Shown here: positions 47,764-60,250 of the stretch, piece after piece
Position numbering within the stretch: position 1 is the first letter of the stretch
How the letters are laid out: every line of letters begins with the position of its first letter
DNA from: Azolla caroliniana
Taxonomy: Eukaryota > Plantae > Polypodiophyta
Direction of reading: 5' to 3'
DNA: 64,000 nt
Assembly (NCBI GenBank): GCA_043228905.1
Contig: JBHGNT010000001.1
Span: forward strand, 19,902,001 to 19,966,000
Made by a program: the position numbers and the translations under genes
The notes under the pieces: generated by a model
What the model was told of the DNA's origin: nothing
What the model saw: the letters and a program-made list of their open reading frames with translations, nothing else
Database searches by the model: none

Positions 47764-50700
47764 TGTAAAAGAATACGTTGTGCGGAAGCGTATCCGAAAC
47801 ACAGAGTACACAATTCGAAGGAACAAGACAGTTTGGTAAAACACAGAAGACACAGAGATGGAGATGGAGAGGGAGAGATAGAGAGAGAATATACAGAAAC
47901 TCAATTCAAAAATAATACTTAATCTGTACATACACCGTGCTCCGTGAGCACCTTTTATACAAGCCCTGACAATAGGGCTGACACAAGTACTGACAGTACT
48001 TGACTGCTCATAAATGAGCCTACTACACAAACTCCCAAAATTATTCCCTTACGAGGAATATCTTTCTAACGGCCTCATCCGCTCTCATCCGAATTGGTTG
48101 TCTCCAATTCGTCTCCTGTCTTTAGGCTTTTGACTACATCAGACCACATCTTGGTCTTGGCCTTTACACCCTTCTTGATTGTATCTCCCCCTGATTCGGC
48201 TATCCTCGGCTCTTCCCTACGATTGCGGCCCTTGCTTTCTTCTTCGGCTTCTTCAGTCGGTCCGAAATCGAATTCTTTATCCGATTCCTCATCACGGCCA
48301 CTTCCGTTGTGATGAACACCTCCGTTCCTTTCACGCTCTTGTTCCTGTTCGTCTTGCTTTCTCCCCCTCAAGTTTGTCATGTCGAGCTGATGCAACCCTA
48401 GCTCATCCGAGAAATGTCGTAACTTGTCATGACCAAGAGGTTTTGTGAAGATGTCAACAATCTGGCGATCAGTCGAAACATGCACCAATTCGATTCTCCT
48501 GAAAGGACCCACTCGTGGACAAAATGGTAATGCACCTCAATGTGCTTGGTCCGGGCATGAAACACGGGGTTCTTCGCAAGGTGGATACTACTAAGGTTGT
48601 CACAATGGATCGTCGTCGGATCAAACACCTCTACCTGTAGATCCCGTAATAGATGTTTCAGCCAAATGACTTCGCATGTAGCGACAGTCGCCCCTCGATA
48701 TTCGGCCTCCGTGCTCGACAGTGCAACTATCGGCTGCTTCTTGCTGCTCCATGCGATCGCCGCACTTCCCAATGAGAATGCGTATCCAGATGTGGATCGA
48801 CGATCGTGGGTGTTTCCGGCCCAATCGGCATCCATGTAGCCAACTAACTGTTCGACTATGCCTACATGATATAGCAGCGCCATGTCTTTCGTGCCGCTGA
48901 CATAACGCAGTATCCGTTGTGCACATTGAAAGTGTTCGGCTGTAGGCTGTGACATGAATTGACTAATTAAGCCGACTGGGTAGCTAAGATCCGACCGAGT
49001 TATCGTCAAATAGATAAGGCTCCCGACAATCTGTCGGAACCGTGTTGGGTCGCACTCCTTGCCCGAATCTGGGCGAAGCTTTACGTTTCAATCCAAAGGG
49101 GTCGGGATGGGCTTACAGTTTGCCATCCCGAACTTGAAGAGCATACTCAACGTGTAATGACGATGGCTGATCAAAATGCCTTCGGGGTTGCGGAAGTAAT
49201 GAAGGTCTCCGAGATCCTTCATTCCGAATGATGCCGCAAGTTCAGACTTTACGTGGAAAATTTCTTCTAGATCGGCACCGGCGATTACTAAATCATCAAC
49301 ATACAATAGAAGGCTTACCGGGCCATGTTGACTTTGCCGAACAAATAATGAAGAGTCAGACTTTGATGTCGAAAAACCCATCCTACGTAGTTGTTATGTA
49401 ATTTCGCGTTCCAGGCTCCCAGGGCTTGGTTAAGTCCGTACAATGACTTCTTCAGTCGGCAAACTGCCGAGGTGTTTCGTTCGGATAGAAATCCAGGGGG
49501 TTGTATCAAGTACACTTGTTCCTCAAGCTCACCTTGCAGGAATGCATTCTTTACATCCATCTGATGTAAGTGCCACCCCTTTGCCGCAACTACCGCAAGC
49601 AAAACACGGACGATCGTCATCTTTGCAACTGGCGCAAACGTCTCATCATAGTCGATGTCGTGTTGTTGCGCGTAGCCTTTTGCTACTAAACGGGACTTGT
49701 AGCGGTTGACGGAGCTGTCAGTATTGTATTTCACTTTATACACCCACCGACATCCGATCGGCTTCACACCCTTCGGTGCATCAACCAGGTCCCATGTCTC
49801 GTTCTGCATTAAGGCGCACATCTCTTCCTCCATTGCGGCATGCCAATTCATGTCTTTCGCCGCTTCTGTGTAGCTCTCCAACTCACGCACTTCTGCTACA
49901 CACATCATGTACGCGTAATGGTGCGCCATGTACTCATTATACCCGTATCTCTTTACGGGGTTCTTGAGGTGGGTAGATCGGCGTAATCCATGATTACCCG
50001 AGTTCACGACCTTTTCGGCTACCGTCGACCTCTTCCAGGGAGGTTCCTTTTCATTTTGCCCGTAGTCAGACTCACTCCTATCAGACTCGGCGCTACCGAA
50101 GTCATATTCCGGCATTTTCTTCTTGCCTTTTTCCTTGCTCGTAAGCCGTCTCCTCGGCTTCCTGCGCGGAAAATGCACAGTTGAGTCTCCACGACTCGCC
50201 ATCTCATCATCTGGTTGGCCATGTCGGCCCAACCCCTCATTCGGCCTGCTTAGCCAAAATGAGATCGGACTCTCTCTTAGAGCTCCGAAGTCCTCATCAT
50301 ACAGAGGCATCTCAGCCTCACTGAGTTCGTCTTCAGAAATCGAAATGGAGTCATGAGGTTCTGGAGGTGAAGGCAAGTACCATGAAGCGGATTCGTCAAA
50401 TACGACATCTCGACTTACTCGTACTTCCTTTGTTCGGGGGTTATAACATTTATACCCCTTCTGTTCATCTTGATAGCTGACTAAGATACACTTTTCAGTT
50501 TTGACATCCAACTTCCTCCTCTTTTCCTTTGGCACATGCACATATGCAATGCTACCAAAGATCCTCAAGTGTGCCAAGTTTGGCTTCTTCCCGAAATACA
50601 GCTCATGTGGCGACACTCCTCCATTAGCAGAAGTCTGATTCTGCAAGTAGCCATCCATCTTCACGACTTCGGCCCAATAGAATTTTGGCATATGCTTCTC

Positions 50701-52822
50701 TTCAAGCATTGCCCTGACCATTTCTTCAATCGTCTGATTCTTCCGCTCAGCTACGCCGTTATGCTCCGGCGTATAACTACACGAGAATTCGCGTCGAATT
50801 CCCTCCTTGCGTAGATAACTTGTGAACTAGTCGGAGAAGTACTCCTTCCCGCCATCGGACCATAGGCATCTGATTTTACGCCCTGTTTCCCTTTATGCGA
50901 GGCTCATCACCTCCAAGAAACATGCGAAAACTTCGCTCTTCTTTGCGATCGTGCATGCCCACGTGTACTGAGTGAAATTATCGATGAAGGTTACAAAGTA
51001 ACGGCTTCCACTGAGACTCACATTCTATGCCAGACCCCACACATCCGAATGGATCAAATCGAGTGGATTACAACTCCGATTACGCTCGTTGGGGAATGGA
51101 AGTCGGTGTTGTTTTCCCATCTGACAGGCTTCGCAGACTTGGCCATTCCGGTCACGAAATTTCGGCAACCCGAAAACAATGTTCTTCGTCTGCATTTCAC
51201 GAAGCTATGGGAAATTTACATGGCCAAACCGCTTGTGCCACAGGTCAATATCTGATTCGACTTTTTGTCCTTTCATGTACAACGTGGTTCCAGCTTGATT
51301 AGTGTCAAGGATAAACATCCTCCCTTCACGGCACCCTTGTGCGATTACTTTGCCTTCCTCTTCTATGAAGCAGCCGAGGTGCGTGAATCAAACTTGCATA
51401 CCTTGGTCAATGATCTGACTGACCGACACCAAGTTCTTCGCTATTGTCGGGACGTGCAACACGTTCATAAGCTTCCCCTTCTGCCCGACGTGGCTTAGGG
51501 GAACTTCACCAACATGTTCGATGGTATGTGGGGTGTCATCTCTCGTTTCGACTACCCCTCGTGACTCCAGCTTCTCCAAGTACGAGAACCATTCCTCGTG
51601 ACTCGTCATATGATTTGACACTCCGGAATCGACACCACACCTCACTTGATTTCTAGGTGTTCACGGCCATCGAGTTGGCCTTATGCTTCATTACAAAGGC
51701 AGGGCCCGCTCCATCTCCAGCTCGTTCAAAGCGCTCAGCGTAGTGCGATCTTTGACTCCTTCTTGCATCTCTTCCACTTGGTCCGGCTTTGTCCGAGTCG
51801 GCTTGTTTCTTCCAACACTTGCTCTCCTTGTGGCCTTTCTTGCCACAGTACCAACATTCCGGCGCAGTCTTCTGGCGCCGCCATGACTCCCCCTGCTTGT
51901 GGGGGGTTTGGAATTGCTTCCGGCATCTCGATTATGCCGTACATTCTACTCTTTTTGGCCTCCTCCATTGCGCGTCGATCCGCCTCGTCCACCACTACCA
52001 CGGGGCCTATGATCCTCCGTGTAAAGCATCTTGCCATTGGCATGCGCACTCATCGACACACCCGCATGGTTTTCTTCTACGAGCAACATTGATTGAAGCT
52101 CGAAAAATGAAGGTGTAATCTCCCTCGACGTTCACATTGACAGAGGCGAGAGAGTCGTAGATTTCCTTGATCTTGGTGGTGTAATCAGCCATTGAAATAT
52201 CTCTTTGTCGTACATTGTTGAGCTCCTGTCTAAGCTGTAGCTTTCTGGTCATTGTGCTGGCGGCGAAAATCCTTTTGAGATTCGCCCATGTGTCCTTCCG
52301 CATCTTGGCATCCCGAATATAGCTCAAAAGTTGATCGCTCACACAAGACGCGAAGCAGTACAACACTCTTCTTGCCGCTTGTTCCCAAGCCAGATAGTCC
52401 TTGTGTGTCAAGTCGGGTGCCACATCGTTTTCTCCTTCGACATAACTCCAGTAGCCATGGCCGAGCAGCTATTGGGGCATCTTGTAAGACCAAGATGCGT
52501 AGTTGCTTCTGTCAAGCTTTTCAGTTGGAAGTGAGATTCCCATTCCTCTGTCCATAGTACTGTCTTTTTCTTCTCTGAGTGCGAACAACTTCAACTCTGT
52601 TTCGTCACAAACTTTTCTTGTCGGCTGCAGAGGACTTCAACCCTCGCACTCTGATACCATGTAAAAGAATACGTTGTGCGGAAGTGTATGCGAAACACAA
52701 AGTACACAGTTCGAAGGAACAAGACAGTTTGGTAAAACATAGAAGATGCAGAGATGGAGAGGGAGAGGGAGAGACAGAGAGAGAATACACAGAAACTCAA
52801 TTCAAAAGTAATACACAGATCT
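47764..52822 (-). mobile_element. Copia family A copy 6, inserted in the LTR of B copy 3; both LTRs partly deleted
   Basis: LTR parts about 47764-48076 and 52660-52822; PBS 52648-52659; 468-aa INT-RT ORF 49315-50721; LLYVDD; RH 48398-49009. Confidence 0.9.
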
Positions 52823-54199
52823 TTGGTTGCCGGTTCAGTTCGGGGACAAGAGACCGGATAATTTCGACGCCACAATGTGGGAGCTGATGCACATGAAGAC
52901 TACGGCATATATTCGGTGCTTCATCGACATGAGCATGTACAACAACTTCAATGAAGAGAGCAAGGCTCATGAACTCTGGGAGAAGATCGGCATCATGTTC
53001 CAGAACAAGAATGTCATTAATCGGGTTTTGGTATTCCGGAAGCTGGTGAGGCTCCGGTACCAAGACTGCTCGAGTATGATGGAGGACATGAATGCCTTCC
53101 AGGGGCTGATACATCAAGCAACCTCGTTGGAAGTACCTCTCGCCGATGAGGTACTCACATTGCTCCTGCATGGTTCCCTCCCGGATAGCTGGGAAATGTT
53201 AGTTGTCACATTGGGCAACGCCGAGCCAAAAGGAAAACAGTTGTCCCTAGCAAGGGTAAAATCAAGCTTGCTAGATGAAGAAGCATGCCGGAAGGACCGG
53301 GAGTCCGGAACCGATCCGAAGGCCTTGGTCACGGAAGATGACCACAACCGGGGAAGAGGCCGGTATCGGAGTCCCCAAAACTGGGACAAATCGGGGACAA
53401 GGTCGAAGTCAAGGGGGAGGCCCACGTGCTTCTATTGCAGGAAGCCGGGACACTTCTAGAAGAACTGTCGGCATTTCCAGAAGGAGAAAGAAACCGGCAC
53501 TACCGATTCGAAGAAGAGTTCGAACCGAAACAGTGTGGACCGGAGAGGCCCGGATTGGAAGGGAACGCCAGAAATTGCGACAAGTGAAGAAGAACCGATG
53601 CTCATTACCAAAGAGAATGAGTTAAACCTTGTCGGCGACGAGACAACGTGGGTTGTCGATTCCGGAGCGTCGTTCAGCCGGACACCAAATCGGAAATGCC
53701 TCTCATCCTACACAGGCGGTGAGCATGGTTGTGTCCGGATGGGCAATGAAGGTACATGTCAAATTATTGGCATAGGAGATGTGTTGTTGACGACATCAAC
53801 CGGATGCAAATTGTTGTTGAAGGATGTCTGACACGTTCCAGAGGTTCGACTGAACCTAATACCAGCCGGTCGGCTAGATGATGAAGGCTACACGAGTAGC
53901 ATCCAAAACGAGGTTATGAAGTTCAGCAAGGGAAGCTTGATAGTGGCTCGAGCCTAGTGTCGCGAAAATACGATGAGGATACGTGAACTTGAGGCAGGAC
54001 CCCGAGGCCTCCGACCGGAAGATATCAGATTCATGTGTTTATATTTTTAATAGTTAATGGAAATAAGAAATTTAATAATTTTCATTAACAAAGGAAAAGA
54101 AAGATTACAATCAATCTCAAGATTGAGATTACAAAAAGTTTAGCTAATGGAGATTACTAGAGTAATAGATAAGAGGAAATTAAGATATGAATTCTATAG

Positions 54200-54335
54200 A
54201 AAATTAGGGTTTTTGGCTTCTGTAGGGAAAATTAGGGTTTTTGAGTGTTATGGCTTCCGTAGGGAAGATTAGGGTTCTTGAGTGTTATGCTTCCGTAGGG
54301 AAGATTATGGTTTACTTGAGAGTTATGGCTTCCCT
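54200..54335. repeat. Imperfect tandem repeat of about 37 bp, 3-4 copies, containing TTAGGGTT (telo-box-like)
   Basis: Unit gaaRattagggttYttgagtgttatggcttccgtagg. Confidence 0.8.
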
Positions 54336-54699
54336 AAGATAAGAGAGCTAAGAAGGAAAAGAAAAAAATTTAAGATAATATGAAGAGAGCATGAGTGTAA
54401 AAAAAAGATGAAATTTTATATGGAGTTCTCCCTTGATCATCTGCATGTCCACTTTCTGTTGCATGGCCTCTACTTTTAGTTGCATAGCTTTTTCTTTTAG
54501 TTGCATCTATTTTTAGTTGCATGGTTTTTTTCTTTTAGTTGCATCCAACCGTCCACATGACCTTTACTTTAGTCTCTTTTAACTTTCTTTAATTAGCCAC
54601 ATGATCCTTTTATCCATTCGGTTTGCGTCCAACCTCGTCCGGTCACCGGTTCCGTCCGATCGCCGATTCTCGCCGCCTCGCCGGCTCTGCCGCCGAATC

Positions 54700-54925
54700 C
54701 GGTTTGCTTACCAGCCGATTTCCGGTTTTGCTTGCTAGCCCGATTTCCAGTTTTGCTTGCAGACCGGTTTCCAGTTTTGCTTGTCGGCCCGGTTTTGGTT
54801 TTGCTTGCCGACCGGTTTCCGGTTTTGCTTGCCGGCCCGGTTTCGGTTTTGCTTGCCGACCGGTTTCCGGTTTTGCTTGTCGGCCCAGTTTCCGGTTTTG
54901 CTTACCGGCCCAGTTTCCAGTTTTT
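54700..54925. repeat. 24-bp GC-rich minisatellite, about 9 copies
   Basis: ccggtttccggttttgcttgccga and variants, in tandem with no spacers. Confidence 0.9.
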
Positions 54926-55369
54926 GGGAACTTGGCCACTGTCATGAACAGTACTGAGACAGAGAAGGAATTAGTACTAAACGAAGGATTAGTACTATGA
55001 GAGGTGTGGAACTTCTTCGAGAGAAGGAAGAAGTGAGCGAGACAGAGAGAGAGAGTGATGATAAGAAAGATATTTATTATATGAAGAGAATATACAATGG
55101 TGGCTAAAAGGCTTAAGACTGGTGTTGAACCAATTTGGTTCAACATAATGCCTAGTGCCCTCTTTTATAGTGTTTTCAGGAGTAATCCTGAAGCTTCTAG
55201 AATGTTCCACAGAAATCTGGAATATACACTAATTTCCTATAATAAAATGTAAATGAAAATAATATCCTACGTATTACAATAGATGGTCCAATGGTCAAGA
55301 GCTCGACCCATATAACCTAAGGTCATGGGTTCGAGTCTTGCCATATCATGACACTATCCCCCTTTTAAA

Positions 55370-58300
55370 ACGACGAGTGTCACGAGTCGTCTTGGATAGA
55401 GGACCCGGTTTGTGTGGATATTGACGATGGAAGTCTTCAAGAAGAGCACAATCGGTTCCCAAGTACGTTCGCTGGGACTATAGCCTAGCCAATCGACTAG
55501 ATAGTAGAGCTTGTTGCGAACAATCTTGGAATCAAGGATGGTGGCAACCTCGTACTCCGGCCCATCTTCAAGCTCGATCGGGGGTGGAGGTTGGATAAGA
55601 CGTTCTGGGATGGTGCTCTCGTGGTAGGGTTCGAAGAGAGAACTATGAAACACCGGATGTATCCGAAGTTGAGGAGGTAGATCGAGACGAAAAGCGACAT
55701 CATTAATCTTTCCAATAATACGAAAAGGACCTAATCGCCGATAATCCAACTTCTCACATGGGCGTAGCAGCCACACCCGATCTCCAATATTAAAACTAGA
55801 TGGAAGTCGCTGACGATCCGCGTAGACCTTGTGTGTTTGTTGAGCTTGCTGGAGATGAGTAGATAAATCCGCTTGTATCTTGCGTAACCGCTCCAAACGA
55901 TCCTCCGCGCACGGATTTGTGGACACCTCTGGGATTTCAAGTACACTCCATCGGGGGTGACATCCCGTATAAGCATAAAAGGGCGTAACTTTAGTGGATG
56001 CGTGGATAGAGTTGTTATAGGCAAATTCGGCGAAGTGGAGAATATCTGCCCAGTCGTCCTGATGATAGCTGAGAAAGCACCGCAGATACTGCTCCAACGT
56101 TTGATTTGTTCATTCAGCTTGGCCGTCAGTTTGTGGGTGGTAGCCGGAGGAGAGGTTACAAGTGACCTTGAGCATGTTAAAAAGGTGCTTCCAGAATTTT
56201 GACACGAACTGGGGTCCACGGTCGCTGATGATACTATCGGGAAGTCCATGATGCCGACATACTTCACGCATGACAATTTCGGCAGTGTCTTCACTAGAGA
56301 TCTCCTTAGTACATGGCAAGAAATGAGCCATCTTCGTATATCGATCGACCACCGTTAGAATCGCATTGAACCCCTTAGAGACTGGAAGATCTGTGATGAA
56401 GTCTAGAGCAATGGAGTGCCACGGCTTGCTTGGAATTGGTAATGGTTCTAATAAACCATATGGATGATGCCTTGGCATTTTTGCTCTGCAACATGTATCA
56501 CAAGTCCGAACAAAATCCTTGACAAATTGTCACATACAGGGCCACCAGAATGATCGTTGTACTAAATGTAATGTTTTAGTACTACCAAAATGCCCAGCTG
56601 TATATGTGTCATGACAGTTTTGTACTACTCGAAGGCGGCAAGAACCATTAGGAACATACAAAAGTTCTTTAAAGAAGAGTAATCCATCATGATATTTGAA
56701 TTGCCGATAGTCCGTACCTGGTGGTTGCGACTGTGAACACGACGCTCGAGAGGGATCAATTTGTGCTAGTATAGCTTGGGCGAACGCATCTGTCTTCAAG
56801 TCTTCACGTATGGTATCGATAACGCGGGAATCCATAGGCATGTCAAAGATTTGTGTTGCTTGTAGTCGTGCCGGTCCCAAGATGACTTGTTTTTGGTTAT
56901 CGAAAGCTGGCTCGTCGGGACGGGGTGCTAGATACGAACGTCGTGATAATGCATCTGCTTTCCCTTGGTGCCTCCCCGGACGATATGTAATTTTGAAGTC
57001 GAAACGCGTGAGGAAGTGGGCCCACCGATCTTGACGTCGATTCAACACACGAGCATCCTGAAAGTAGGCAAGATTCTTGTGGTCACTAAATACGGTGACT
57101 GGATGAGAGGATCCCTCCAAAAAATGCCTCCATTGCATAAAAGAATCCACTATTGCCAATAGCTCCTTATCATGAATTTCGTAGTTGATTTCGGCGGCAT
57201 CAAACTTGCGTGAGTGAAAAGCCACAGGATGTAGCTTTTCATCATTCCCCTGTTGTGACAGAATGCTTCCCAATGCAAAATCCGATGCGTCAGCTTCGAT
57301 AATGAATGGTTTCTCCGGATCGACATGAGCTAGAATTGGAGCTGATGTAAATGCTTTTTTAAGACTCTCGAAAGCCATGTCCGTTTCTTCAGACCAGATG
57401 AACGGTTTTCCCTTCCTGGTAAGTTGTGTGAGAGGTAGAATGATCTTTGAGTAATCTTGTATGAACTTCCGGTAAAAATTGGCAAAGCCTAAGAAGCATT
57501 GCACATCCCGCACCGAACACAGAGTCTACCATTCTACCACCGTTTTGACCTTAGCTGGGTCCATGGAGATGCCTTCTGACGAAATGATGTAGCCGAGAAA
57601 TTCCACTTGGTCGCACCCGAAACTACATTTTTCTAGCTTTGCATACAGACCATGTTCTCGAAGTCGTTTTAGTACTAATAGTACATGAGAATCATGTTCT
57701 TCTTGGGTCTTTGAATAAACCAGTAGATCATCCAAATAGATGATCAAACAATCATCCAATAGATCTCGGAATATATCATTAGCCATGTGCTGGAAGACTG
57801 TCGGCGCATTAGTGAGGCCGAACGGCATGACAATATACTCGAAGTGCCCATATCTGGTGCGAAACGCGGTCTTCCATTCGTCTCTTGGTCGGATCCGTAC
57901 GAGGTTATATGCTCCCCGTAAGTCGATCTTCGTGAAGAACCTGACACCATTGATCCATTCTAAAAGACTTGAGATAAGGGGAAGAGCATACCTATTCCTG
58001 ATTGTAACCTTATTCAAGCCACGGTAATCTACAACGAGACGAAGCGATCCATCTTTTTTCTTGACGAAGAAAATGGGCGCGCCGGCTGGAGATTTCGAAT
58101 GCCGAATGAAACCATTTTCCAAATTCTCCTCTATATAGGCCCGAAGGACTTCCAGCTCGGTTGGTGACAAATTGTAGATCGGTCCCCATGGCGACTCTTT
58201 TCCCGGTTGTAAATCGATGGGGCAATCGTACAGTCGATGATGAGGAAGTGTGTTGGCTTGTACTTTATCGAACACATCGGTGTAATCACGATACTTCTCG

Positions 58301-58893
58301 GGAAGTTGAACGGTGGATTCTTCTTTAGTGGTGTTGGAGGGGTTTACTGATATTGCAAAGAGGAACATTTCCTCCTTGTGCCCTTCTTTACGCAACTGAC
58401 GTAGCGAAATGGTTGCCATCTTCTGAGTTGACCCTTGGGTTTGTCGACACCGGATTTCTCTTGTTCTCCAATCTATGTCTGGGTTATGTAACTCGAACCA
58501 CGGTAGTCCTAAAACTATAGGATGTTCTGGGATACTAATAATATTAAATGATACTACACATGCTAAGTTATCTAGGACAATATTAATGGGCTCTGACTCT
58601 TCTAGAATATTTCCGGAAGCAATGGGACGTCCATCAATAACTATTACAGAGGCTAGACACTGGAGTTTTCTTAGGGATATCTTATGAGCTTGAGCAAATT
58701 TCTTATCCATAAAGCAAGAGTTAGCTCCGGAATCTAGGAGTGCTAGGACATGTACTGGAGGGGTACTTTTAGTACTAACTATTACTTGGGCTACGAACAC
58801 ATCACTAACTTGCTTAGAGGGAATGGAACCACTAATGGGTTGCACAGATCTAGGGTTGTCCAACCAAACGGCTCCTATTTTGGCTGGACTTAG
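55370..58893 (-). pseudogene. pol: Chromovirus 2 pol (PR-RT-RH-INT-chromodomain)
   Basis: ORFs 57526-58863, 56530-57513, 56110-56478 and 55354-56097 with LLDSGA, YLDD, DASDFA, SDRGPQF and chromodomain motifs. Confidence 0.94.
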
Positions 58894-58902
58894 TCGTTTA
58901 AC
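58858..58902 (-). promoter_or_regulatory. Putative -1 frameshift signal, copy 2
   Basis: Minus strand G_TTA_AAC, 6 nt, then stem GTCCAGCCAAA/TTTGGTTGGAC (one G-U pair) with the same 10-nt loop as copy 1. Confidence 0.8.
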
Positions 58903-60041
58903 TGTTCTTCTAACTAACTAAGGACATCAAATTTGTTTGCTAGATCTGGGATATTAGTACTATTAGGACTATCAGATATCCCTACTGAAATAGGCTCGGA
59001 TTTAGTACAATTAGAACTAGCGACTATTTGGTTTACCTGTCTTCTTGGCCTATGGGGGCAATTTATTGCGATATGTCCTGGTCCACCGCAGTAAAGACAT
59101 AGTTGATTTGTACGGCGTCGCTGCTTTTCTTCTTCGGATAATGGCCCTCGACGACGTGTAGTGTCAATCTCCATCGGAGTCGGAGTATTCACTGGAGGCG
59201 TATTATATGACTCCCTTGGAAAAGGTCTTGCTACCACTGAGGCGTAGGTGGGCTCTGATCTTGCCCTCGGCATCTGTATTTGTCGTTCCGAACGTCGCTC
59301 AAAGAGGCGGTTGTCACATCTCACCGCGCGACTGATTGCTTCTGTTAAGGACTTTGGCTCTTCGGGGAAGGTCAAGAGTAAATCCTTGACGTCGTTGCGT
59401 AAACCATAACGGAATTGCTCCATCAACGCTTGATCATCCCAAGGGATATCGGCGGCGAGTAGGCGAAAATCTACAGCGTATGCGGAGGCTGGACGGTCAC
59501 CTTGGCGTAATCGCCGGATTTTGTTGATTGCGGTCCTGATGCTGTCAGTATCTCCGAAACATGCTTTAAACTCACCTAGAAACTCTTCAAAATTGTTGAG
59601 TAACGGAGATTCCTTTTCTAATAGTGGAGCGAACCATGACAACGCTGAGCCACTTAACAAAGTGCCTACTAAACCCACTCGTGATGCATCGGTGGGATAT
59701 CGGGAAGGATGCATTTGAATAAATAATCGTACCTGGTTAAGGAACCCTCTAAACTGCGATCGCGTTCCATCGAACTTCGTGGGAAGGCCAATCTTAGTTT
59801 CTTTATGAATCCCTTGTGTTCCGGGCCCGTGTTGTTGCATCGCTACGATGGTGGCTTCGAGTTGTTGCACGCGTAATGCAAGTTCCCCATGTTGTTGTTG
59901 CGTTTGCTGCTTTTCTAAGGAGATTTGCTGAAGATCCCCCAGCAACTGTTGGTTTTCTTGTTCCAGAGCATGGAACTTCTCCTTCAAGCATTGAAATTCC
60001 GAGAAAACAGATTGATATTCTTCAGCGCTAACAGTGGCCAT
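58890..60041 (-). pseudogene. gag: Chromovirus 2 gag (375 aa open; premature TAG just before the frameshift site)
   Basis: MATVSAEEYQSVF...CLYCGGPGHIAINC; collinear with copy 1. Confidence 0.92.
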
Positions 60042-60218
60042 GGGATGAAAGAAAAGAGGAATAAAAGATTAGTAGGAAATGAGAGAGACAGAAGGTAGGC
60101 AAATTGGTTCAAACTGTCATGAACAGTACTGAGACAGAGAAGGAATTAGTACTAAACGAAGGATTAGTACTATGAGAGGTGTGGAACTTCTTCGAGAGAA
60201 GGAAGAAGTGAGCGAGAC

Positions 60219-60250
<32 letters not shown>

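Noticed and set aside
47326-48030. 234-aa hydrophobic ORF as an env-like or membrane gene
   Set aside because: It spans the junction of two unrelated LTRs; the hydrophobicity comes from CT-rich sequence.
1620-52659. tRNA genes at TGGTATCAGAGC motifs
   Set aside because: Only 12-nt matches next to LTRs, so these are PBSs; no cloverleaf.
54200-54335. Interstitial telomeric array
   Set aside because: Single TTAGGG motifs within longer units, not tandem TTTAGGG.
54700-54925. CRISPR array, or repeat-protein ORFs (54623-55000, 54643-55146)
   Set aside because: The repeats are contiguous with no unique spacers and no cas genes; the ORFs are stop-free readings of a 24-bp minisatellite.
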